Shown: positions 54,554 to 64,000 of the stretch, one piece after another
Layout: every line of letters starts with the position of its first letter
Position numbering within the stretch: position 1 is the stretch's first letter
NCBI GenBank assembly: GCA_031835245.2
Contig: JAVKOQ020000016.1
Coordinates: 248,001 to 312,000 of the forward strand
Source of the DNA: Balamuthia mandrillaris
Taxonomy: Eukaryota
DNA length: 64,000 bases
Reading direction: 5' to 3'
The notes under the pieces: generated by a model
Database searches by the model: none
What the model was told of the DNA's origin: nothing
Seen by the model: the letters and a program-made list of their open reading frames with translations, nothing else
Made by a program: the position numbers and the translations under genes

Positions 54554-55519
54554 AACAAACCAGCCTCTCTAAAGAGTTCCATAATCCAGTGAGCGGCGAG
54601 CATGGCATGCTCAGAGGGCTTCCAAACAACGGTATTGCCCATCATAGCGGCCGCGGTGGTCAAGTTCAGGCCAATGGCTGTGAAGTTGAATGGCGAGGCC
54701 GCATAGACAAAGCCCTCCAATGGACGATACTGCGTGCGGTTCCAGGACATCAAGGAGCCGCGGCCATAGGGGTCGTTGGTAGGGGAGTCAGGCTGCCCTT
54801 CGTATATCTTTTGGGCAAAGTAGGTGTTGAACTGCAAGAAGTCCACCAGCTCGCAGGCCGAGTCGATCTCGGCCTGGAAGGCGTTCTTGCCTTGGCCCAG
54901 CATGGTGGCGGCGTTGAGGTAGGGCCTGAACTTGGTGGCTGCCAAGCTGGCCATCTTCATGAACACGCTGAGGCGCTGCTCCACAGGGAGGGCCTGCCAT
55001 CGGGGCTTGGCCTCGAGGGAGGCCTCGATGGCCCGCCTCACGTCTTTCTCAGTGGCCTTATGCCAGCGGCCCAGCTCCTCCTTGTGCGCAAAGGGAGGGC
55101 GGATGGGGGCCGTCTCCTGGCTTTGGATCTCCTCGCCGCCGATGTGAATAAAGACGTCGGTCTTGTGCTGACGGAGCTCCTGGAGGGCCTTCTTTTGGCG
55201 GGAGGCGTAGGGCTCCTGGCCCACGTAGCTGGGCTCGTTGGTGGGCTTGGGGATGTGCAGCGCGCCTGGAGCGTGGAAATGCTTTTGCTGGATGGCTGCT
55301 GCGCTACACCCTTTTGTGTGTGTTCATGGCCATGAAGGAGTGAGTGAACGCAAAGTGCGAATCAAAGAAGAAAAAAACAAAGAAGAAAAAAGGGAGAGAG
55401 AGAGAAACAAAAGAGAAGAGAGAGAAGAAATGAGTAGTGGGCATACCAAGATTTCGGGAGCCAAGCTGAAGCGAACAGGGGGTGGCAGGCACACGAGAAG
55501 ACACGCTACGCAGTAACAT
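53539..55519 (-). CDS. ALDH4A1: Delta-1-pyrroline-5-carboxylate dehydrogenase, mitochondrial, 3 exons
   Basis: ATMLGQGKNAFQAEIDSACELVDF, YRPLEGFV..SPFNFTAIG, YPRLVGETGGKN, FSGQKCSAASR, EEIFGPVL, GNFYINDKPTGAVVGQQPFGG. Confidence 0.97.
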
Positions 55520-57417
55520 ACTTGTGAAAAAGGGGTAACCCAAACAAAAGAGTTTCAAAAAAAGAGTGTAGTGTGGTGCGTTGAGGTAGAAAGAAGTAGC
55601 AGTGCGGTAGTGGTGGTGCGTTGTGCGTGTGCTGTGTAGCGTCTCACCAGTCAACAACAGAACTCCCTAATGCACCACAGCAGCCCTTTTTTTCCCTTTC
55701 CGTTTTGTTTTTTTCCTTTTGCTAAAGCCGGAAATTTGGAAGAAAATCGGCCGTAGTTAAATGTATATATGTCGACTTCATGTCGTCTTCGATATATTCA
55801 TGACGACATGAAAACGCCGAAAGGGTTTCTTCGGTTTTTTTTGGTTGTCTAGGCTGCCGGTTATTAGAGAAATTTATTTTTGGTTGTTCGGAAATTTTCA
55901 AAAATTTGCCTTTTTTTGGAATAAATTATGCAGAAAAGTTTGACAAATATCCAAAATCCAAAATCCAAAATAAAAAGAAGAAGAGAGGGAGAAAGATCGA
56001 GAAAAAAAAATACAAAGTTCTCTCCTCCTCTTCTTGGAAGAAAACTTCTCCTCGCCGCTACTTTCTTTTCTCTGTTCTTAAGAAAAAGGGGGAGGAGCAA
56101 AGTCGGATCTGTCCCCAATTCCATTTCTGCTCTTTCTTCTTTCTTTTTTTTTTTTTTGCCTACCACCAAACATCGTCCTCGCCGCGCGATGATGAACGCA
56201 GTAACGAAAGCGCGAGCGCAACAGCTGCCCTCTCGGGCACACAGCGCTCCCTCGCAGACAGGCAAACCCTCCTCCGGTTCTCCTACTGGCGGCCCTCGGC
56301 GTGGGGCTCGAGGTACTATTTTTTTTTAAAAAAAAAATCAAAAGAAACGCGCTCACTCCGGAGGATTATGCTCATTATTTTTTGGTTTGAACAAAGGTGA
56401 GCACGTTTTGGGCGATCCGCTGCCAGGGAGGTATCCCTGGAGCCAGACCTTTGTTTGCAGCTGCGGAGCTCGTTTGCTTTCCCCCGAAATCGCACAGCTG
56501 CACCTCAAGAACTTCAACAAGTCCAGTTGATCAGCCACTACGCTTTTTCTTTTTTTTTCATTTTTTTCTCCCCTCTATCATCATTCTCATTACTTTTATT
56601 TTTCTTTTCTCTTCCTCTCTTTTTTTTTTTCTTTTCCGAGACAAGTCACACACTCTCTCTTTTGCCAAGCTCTCTTTCTCTCATCAACAAAGAGCATCCT
56701 CCTCACCACCGCCAACATGCAGCTACTTCTCTCAGAGAGGGCAATGCCTTGACGGGACGAGGGGATGCAACAACAAAATTTGGAAGAAGCTTCTTGAGCT
56801 AAAGATGCTGGCGTATCGGAAAGGAAGTGTACATTTTTGTTTTTTCTTTTGGGACGACGACAACGACGACGAAGAGGAAAGGTGAAACGTGGAATGAAAG
56901 AAACGGAACGTTCTTCTCTTCTTCTTCTTCTCTTCACCCGCTTTCTTCTTCTTGTTCTTCTTCTTCCAAGCACTGGACATGGAAGAGCTTAAGAAGGAAC
57001 CTAAGCAATGGAAGGAAGAACGGCACCAAACCTATCTTCTTTTTTTGTTTTTCCTCTTTCTCTTGCATTCTTTGTCTTTGGCTCCTCCCTCTCATTTTCT
57101 TATTTGTTTTTTTTTTCATTTGTCTTTGTGTATTACTATGAAGAAACAACACGTTTGCATTTGCAGATATCCACTCCACCTTGCTTTTTTTTTATTCATC
57201 GTGGCCTCTAACGGATGGTCAGCTCCCCTCCTCTCCTTTTTCCTTCTCTTCTCAAAAGTTTCACTGTTTCTCTCATTTTTTTTTCTCTCCTTCCCATTTA
57301 TCATCATGCTTATTGCGAACCGTCTCACTGTGCCCCTCTCTTTCATTTTTACTCTTCTTTCTCCGGTACTTCCCTGCTTCTGCTTCCGCTTCCGCTTCCG
57401 CTTCTGCTTCTGCTTCT

Positions 57418-57455
<38 letters not shown>

Positions 57456-57523
57456 GCGACTTTTCTCTGCTTGTTTGTTTTGGTGGTTTGTTCACCAAGC
57501 ACGAAGCCCAATTCATCTCCGTC

Positions 57524-57571
<48 letters not shown>

Positions 57572-57922
57572 ACGAATGACCACAACCGCAGCAGAAAAAA
57601 AGGTTAGTAAAACCCATTCTCTCCTTCTGCTGTACTGTGTCTTTTTTATTAAAACCAGACAACAAAACAGGGCCGAGAGAGCGAGAGAGCGAGAGAGCGA
57701 GAGAGAAGATGCAAAGCCAAGAAAGGAAATCGAATCTGCGTCGTTTGCACAAACAGACAACAGCAGCGGCAGTCAAACATACAAAAAAAAAAACTAGCTT
57801 GCGTTGAGAAACGAAGAGGAAGTCGCGATAGGAAAGGAACTGCAACGTTTTATAACGGTCGTTGGAAACACACAAAAAACACAACAAAAAGGGTTCGACG
57901 AAGGCGGCCTTCCTTTCGAAAG

Positions 57923-58054
57923 ATGAGTATAACAAGCGGGAGCGGCAATCCTTCCAAGTCCCGGCTTTCGCTGTCGCTTTCTCTACCTGTACGTACTTCT
58001 GTGCTTGTTATTGTTACGTCTTCACTGTTTGTTTGTTTGTTTGTTTGTTAGTTT

Positions 58055-58118
<64 letters not shown>

Positions 58119-60051
58119 GTTTGTTTGTTAGTTAGTTTGTTTGTTTGTTTGTTTGTTAGTTTGTTTGTTTGTTTGTTTGTTTGTTTGTTTGTTTGTTTGT
58201 TTGTTTGTTTGTTTGTTTGTTTTGTTTGTTTGTTTGTTTGTTTGTTTGTTTGTTTGTTTGTTTGTTTGTTTGTTTGTTTGTTTGTTTGTTTGTTTGTTTG
58301 TTTGTTTGTTTGTTTGTTTGTTTGTTTGTTTGTTTGTTTGTTTGTGTGTTTGTTTGTTTGTTTGTTTGTCGTTTGTTTGTTTGTTTGTTTGTTTGTTTGT
58401 TTGTTTGTTTGTTTGTTTGTTTGTTTGTTTGTTTGTTTGTTTGTTTGTTTGTTTGTTTGTTTGTTTGTTTGTTTGTTTGTTTGTTTGTTTGTTTGTTTGT
58501 TTGTTTGTTTGTTTGTTTGTTTGTTTGTTTGTTTGTTTGTTTGTTTGTTTGTTTGTTTGTTTGTTTGTTTGTTTTATTCTCTCCGCTTTATGCTTTTGTT
58601 TTTTCGTTTGTTAATATGCTATGCACAGCAGCTGAGACGAAAAAATGGAAAGAAACAAGACCAAGCAGACGGATCTCTTCCACGGGGACAAGAACTTCTA
58701 AAAGTATTTTTATCTCAACCTTATGCACTCTTTCTTTCTTCTTAGTCTAACGCTCCTCTCCTTCTGCCCGTTCCTTGATCAATATTAGATGTTGTTTTCC
58801 CCAAAGATGTGTTTAGTGGAAGCGATGTGCGACGGTCTCAAGGCTGAACACTATGACGAGTTTTGTGGGGCTCTCATTCCTTTGTTCGAGTCTCAACAAC
58901 GCGCTGTGCCTCTGATCAAATGGACTCTCTCGCGCGACTTACAGAAAACCAGTATTTCTTTCCTACAATTCTTTCTTAATCCTTCGTTCTCCTCTGGTGT
59001 CTTTCAGTTTCAAGTTCCTTACACAACACTCAGATGACCCGAGCCTATTCTTTCGCGGGATAAGCACTGGGGCTCGTCTGGTATCTCTATACTGCATGCG
59101 ACATGGCAAAGAATACTTGGGTCATCTGTTGCAACCCATTCTCCAACCTCAGCACGTCCAACAACTTGATCTCGAGGTTACATACCTGAAGCCTTTTCTA
59201 TTAAGCTTTCTTCTTTTTCTCAGCTGCTTCCTTGTATTGTAAAAGGTGGATCCAATGAGACTCGGTTCGAGAGAGAAGCTCCAAAAGAACCAAAAGATGC
59301 TGAAAGCAACCTGCAAAGCATTACTGAGTCGCATCCTTGGCTCAGCTTCTGATTGTCCATTGGCTCTCCGCGATATATTCCAGTATTCTCACAACATAAC
59401 TAGTTCTAGCCCGGACGTACAGCAGCACATCATCTCCAACTTCTTTTTTCTTCGTTTTTTATGTCCTGCTCTTGTTTCTCCCGATGCGTATGGCCTTCTT
59501 CCTTCTGATGGTACTGCTTTTATGCGTTATCCATTATTCTCTTCTCCAATGCTCTTGCTCGTTCGCTCTCTTATTTTCAACGAAACAAACGTGATGCAGT
59601 AACAATAACAAGCAAGATGCGGCGTTCGCTTGTGTTAGTATCAAAGGTGATGCACAACCTGGCGAACGATGTGGCCTTCGGAGACAAAGAACCGTACATG
59701 AGGTTTGTATCCAGTTATTTTTTTCGTGAGTTTTCTGTGCCCAACTAAACAGTACTATAGTGCAATGAACGCCTTTTTAGAAAAGAAACGCAAACCTGTA
59801 CAAAACTTTATAACAAAACTAATTGTATGTGTATTGTTGTTATTATGTCTTCTCTAAAAACTAAAACCCTCTCTTTACATGAACATATGGACAGGATATT
59901 GAATGTGATGGACAAGTTTCAAGTCAATGTACAGTGGATGATAGTGAACAGGAAAAAGCTATGAAAACGTTGCACAAACTTTTAGCTATTAATATGGATG
60001 CCATTGGTTTGATCTTCGTCAGAGAAGAAAAGGTTAGCACCCTTATATTCG

Positions 60052-60097
<46 letters not shown>

Positions 60098-61333
60098 ATC
60101 GCGGCGACTCTCTCAAGTTGACTTTCATTCTCTCAAACGTATCAGATAAAACAATGGGAGAAGTTACAGCGGGTATTGTCCTCTTCGAATGTGTTTGGAC
60201 TAAAAGCTGTTCACCAAGAGCTCAAGCTGAAACGAGAAAGTGAAGAAGCTCAAGAGCAAGTTCGAAAGAGTGCTCGTGGTGGCAGCGCCGATGAAAGTAG
60301 GCCCAATGATCAAGTCGAAAAACCAAGAGCACGCTTCCTTCATTCGCAATCCTTCTCTGCTTCTTCTCCTCCTACTTCCAACTCTTCCTCAACTTCTACT
60401 ACATCATCCTCATCGCTGTCATCTGGTTATGCTTCTTCTTCTAACTTTCTTCAACATTCCTTCTCACAAGAGATTAACTTGCGACCGAGAGCTCTGTCAA
60501 GCTCGCTCACTCATCGTCCTTCTTCATCTGTTTCCAAACGTGTATCCTCTTCATCTTTGTCGCCTTCCTCCGTTATCGACGGTGGTGCACCTCCTTCCTT
60601 AGCCGAAGATGATAGCACACTCGAAGAGAGCGGAAGTTGTGGCGCAGGGTCAACGAAAGAGGAACGACGATTGCTAACGATGTTACGAGACAACCTGCGT
60701 CATGAGGCACAAATGCAGAAAGCCTTGCAGGCTGAAATTCGTCTGTTAACGGTGAAGCTGGAGGCGGAGATCTCCTCTAGGAGAGCTTTGGAGGAGAAAA
60801 TGAGAAAGATGAAGGAACGTTACGAGCGGGACATGGAGGAGATGGTGGAAGAGAGGCTGCAAGCTCGGTTGATGCAAAAAAGGGAGAAGATGTCGGAGGT
60901 GATGAGTTCTTTCTTGACATTGAGAGCATCGCCGACGCCCTCGAGAGGAGGAAACGGAGTTGATGCTGCTTCTCCTCCAAGAACATCTCCCAAATCCTCT
61001 TCATCTTATGTGAGTGCTGCTATGAAGCGACTGCCATCACCTGAGGAAGCTTCTTTCTCACAGGTGGATGGCGAAGACATCGACGAAATCAAGCGAAGCC
61101 ACTCTGACAACCAGAACGAAACCAACAATAGTCACACAACGAAAGGAGGAAGCAAAGAACGGCATCAACACGCAAGAAGAAAGTCGTTGAATGAAAACAG
61201 CTCGATCTCTTCTTGGCGACTGGTTGAAGGTGGAGGAGCAGAGTTGAACAGTAACCCACCCCCTCCGCCAACAACCTCAACAAGTGGAACGAAAAGCAAG
61301 AAGGAGAAACGAAAAGGAACTTACCCTACTTGA
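57923..61333 (+). CDS. RasGAP-domain protein with C-terminal Ser-rich and coiled-coil region, multi-exon; 5' end uncertain
   Basis: LFFRG (arginine finger), GKEYL, EVDP, CPLALR, FFFLRFLCPALVSP, RRSLVLVSKVMHNLAN, KEPYM. Confidence 0.88.
58027..58574. repeat. About 550 bp (GTTT)n/(GTTA)n array in RasGAP intron 1
   Basis: Read directly. Confidence 0.97.
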
Positions 61334-61392
61334 ACTGAAGAGAGGAGAGAATGTAAACAAAGTGAAAATATGTATATTTTGTTTCATTGATC

Positions 61393-62472
61393 TCATGAAG
61401 AGGGTAAGAAAACACTCAGGGTGTTTCTGCGTCTTATGAAGATGGACCTTCGTCTGCCTTCCGCAGCTTCCGGTGCTTGCTGAGCCTGGGCGGTAAGCAT
61501 GCTCTCCAGCTCCCTCCATCGCTGCGCATCGTTCTCCGTAGTCTCTATAACTTTGTCTTGCAGTTGATTTTCTTTTGCTGCTTCTTCAAAGGATGAAGAA
61601 GGAGAATCCGCTGGTGTTCCTGTTGGGTCGTAGAAGCTTTTAGAGTTTCTTTTCCGAAGCCACTCCTCGTTGGCCTTTCGGCGGTTGTCCTCCCACATGC
61701 CTTGTACGAACGAGTGACTCTTCCTCGATCCATCGAAAGCTTTCTTGGTGGGGCTTGTTCCGAGCGGAACTGCTTCCTGTGTTGCCTTATTCTCCGCTTG
61801 GACAGCTGCGTTTGTGGTTGTTATCTTCTTGGCCTTTTTCTTTTTCTTCTTTTCTTGTTGAAGCCTCTCTTTGTTTTCTTTCTCTTTTTGTTTGAGCTCC
61901 CTGTCCCTTTGCTTTTGCATCTGTTTCAGCTGTTCCGCGCGTTTCTTCTGTTGTTCCTTCAACCACAGCTCGTGGGCCTGTCTCTCCTTTTTGGAGTAGA
62001 ACACGACGCAGCTGTCCGACTTTTTTCTGCGTCGCTCCTCTCCAAACAGCTTTGTCGAAGAGGACGAGGAGGACTGCAGGTTCGAAGCAGAACGGAACAG
62101 CGGAGAGGAGACAGACGGGAGCAAATTGGAGCTATAGTAAAGGTCCGTCTTCCAAATCTCCTGCTGCAAGGGAGAAACCATGGTAGAGTGGCGAGGGCTG
62201 TAAGGAGAGTTGGTTTCATTTAGGTGAAGAATGTCGTCCGCTTCTTGTTGGTGACGTTGTTCGGCTTGCTCGGTCAAAGCAAGAATGTCTGCAGAGGAGC
62301 AACTGGGAGAGAGAGAAGGAGAAGGGTTTGTGCTGGAGCGAAGACGGCTGACTCTTTCCGGCTCCTTTTCTTTGAGGCGGGGAGAGCCTATTCTCTCCTC
62401 GAAGAAGGCCTCCCAGGCTTCCTCTTCCTCAAAGGTGGCGGTAGATGGAATGACACTCGGTTCCACTGCCAT
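61393..62472 (-). CDS. Hypothetical 359-aa protein, Ser-rich with a charged coiled-coil
   Basis: Long intronless ATG-initiated ORF; K/E/Q-rich helix (AHELWLKEQQKKR, ANEEWLRKR); no family recognised. Confidence 0.65.
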   Translation of the reverse strand: MAVEPSVIPSTATFEEEEAWEAFFEERIGSPRLKEKEPERVSRLRSSTNPSPSLSPSCSSADILALTEQAEQRHQQEADDILHLNETNSPYSPRHSTMVSPLQQEIWKTDLYYSSNLLPSVSSPLFRSASNLQSSSSSSTKLFGEERRRKKSDSCVVFYSKKERQAHELWLKEQQKKRAEQLKQMQKQRDRELKQKEKENKERLQQEKKKKKKAKKITTTNAAVQAENKATQEAVPLGTSPTKKAFDGSRKSHSFVQGMWEDNRRKANEEWLRKRNSKSFYDPTGTPADSPSSSFEEAAKENQLQDKVIETTENDAQRWRELESMLTAQAQQAPEAAEGRRRSIFIRRRNTLSVFLPSS

Positions 62473-62740
62473 GACTATAGTGCGCGTAGCTGAGAGATAG
62501 AATGTTGTGGTGTGTTTGTGTGTTTCTTGGGTACTTAAAATTTTAACAAAAAAAGACCGAAGTCTCCTGTAGGTAAGGCGCGGTGGTGGTGCCGAAAGGA
62601 AGGTGGGTTGTGTGGCGCAGCTTTTCGTGCTATTGTTTTTTCGCTTCCTTTACTTTTCTCATGTTTTTTCCAGTCTCCCTTTATTTTTTCGTCGAAGGCT
62701 TTTTAAAGCATTACCAGGTGAGGGGCACAGGGAAATTTAG

Positions 62741-62832
62741 GAACCAATCGGAAGAATAGTAATTAATTTATTAAATTAATTTTATTTTAATAAAGGTTCA
62801 AATAGCCTAATTCTTATCTACCGAACCAATCG
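62741..62832. promoter_or_regulatory. Two CCAAT boxes (GAACCAATCG x2) flanking an AT-rich tract
   Basis: Identical 10-mers at 62741 and 62823 match the NF-Y RRCCAATS consensus, upstream of the minus-strand gene starting at 62472. Confidence 0.4.
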
Positions 62833-62883
62833 CTTTGATTTGTATTTAATTTTGACCATTCTTGTGGTGAACAAAAAGATATT

Positions 62884-63925
62884 TTACATCTCACATGTTA
62901 CCCATTCATCACTGCCACCGCCACTACCACGCGAAGGGGCAGCATGGCCAAATGCAGCTGGGTGGAGAGAAGAAGGAGCAAGGGACAAATAGGAGCCAGA
63001 AAAGGACGCCAGCTCCTTGGTGCACTTCACCCTCGTGATTTGCTCCGACGAGAAGCCAAGATCCCTTCAAAGACTTGATGTAGGCCACCTCCGTCTCATT
63101 CTCTATCGTTCTCTGTTCTGCCTTGGCTCTGGCCCGCATTTTATCCAGCTCCAGCTGCGCAATCACCTTCTCCTCCTCCAACTTGGCTTCCTTGTGCTGC
63201 TGCTCCTGCTGCTGCGCCAACCGCTCCAGCGTGGTGGCGTGCGTGTCCTGCTGGGTCTGCCGCAGCATCCGCTGTCGCTGCTTCTCGGCAAAGACCTCCT
63301 CGTTGCTCCTCATGACGTGCTCGGCGAGGCGGAGGGTCTGGATGAGGAAATCGGTACACGTCACTCCCCTCGCTGACGTCCTCTCATTGATCTGATCTAT
63401 GATCATATTGGACAACTTCCCCTCAGGCATGGCCAGCAGCTTCTCCGCGGGATGGGCGGCGCAGACGTCACGGCTGGCCTGCGCCACGCAAGCCCCCAGG
63501 TAGTCCAGCAGGTCGTGGCACTGGTAGACCGCCGCGTGGGGGTCGGTGATTTGGTAGAGCATGGTGCCGTTGATGGTGGCGTCCAGGCGGTCCCTGGTGG
63601 TGCAGCTCGTGGCAGGGGGGTCCAGGGAGACGTTCTTCACGGGGATGAGGTAGTGCTCGTAGGTCTTGAGCCCGGTTTGGCCGCGGCCCTCCTTGGACTC
63701 CTCTTTGTAGGTCCAGCGCACCCGCTTGGTGGTGAAAATGGGCCAGAGGACCAGGTGGACGCCGCTCGTGAGGACAGAATGGAACTGGCCGAACCTTTCG
63801 ACCACGACCACGTAGTTGGCCGGGACCTGGAAGATGCTGAAACAGAAAAACACTACCAGGACAAACACCACGGTGATGAGCGTGGCCGTGGTCTCCGACA
63901 CATCTAGCGTAAGCTCTGCAGGCAT
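62884..63925 (-). CDS. SPFH/band-7 (stomatin-like) membrane protein; probable one-base frameshift near 63063
   Basis: N-terminal TM, VPANYVVVVERFGQFHSVLTSGVH, TTRDRL, YQITDPHAAVY, GVTCTDFLIQ, coiled-coil tail. Confidence 0.85.
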
Positions 63926-64000
63926 AGTGGTTGTTGCTGCTGTTGCTGCTTTTGTTGGTGGTTTCTTAAATCGTTACCACCGACTCAGCTGCTGCACCAA

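Overview
Gene-dense, intron-rich eukaryotic nuclear DNA. Gene content, short GT-AG introns and abundant microsatellites suggest a free-living amoebozoan (Balamuthia/Acanthamoeba-like); this is inference only. I reconstructed about 25 protein genes by hand, mostly spliced: USP39/SAD1, a type-I DnaJ, a DENN-DUF547 fusion, NDUFS6, IVD, a Zn-finger protein, 4E-BP, mitochondrial L20, EMC3, a CARMIL-like LRR protein, a receptor tyrosine-kinase-like protein, RapGAP, CTF8, class II PRPP synthetase, mitochondrial S5, exportin-T, eIF1A, TTC1, an F-box/ankyrin protein, a secreted Cys-rich protein, endonuclease V, SMARCAL1, TDH, ALDH4A1, RasGAP and an SPFH protein. A decayed non-LTR retrotransposon lies at the left edge. 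No tRNA, rRNA or CRISPR array was seen. The most notable observations are: a palindromic TGTCGACA motif found only in intergenic DNA upstream of start codons; a CpG-depleted, AT-shifted domain running from the retroelement into USP39; the DENN-DUF547 architecture; two genes the ORF track splits or truncates (a 16-Cys secreted protein and an LRP1/SHI-like Zn finger); and strictly strand-polarised intronic pyrimidine microsatellites with frequent AAG acceptors. CDS coordinates span first to last coding base including introns. Exon structures are manual and unverified.
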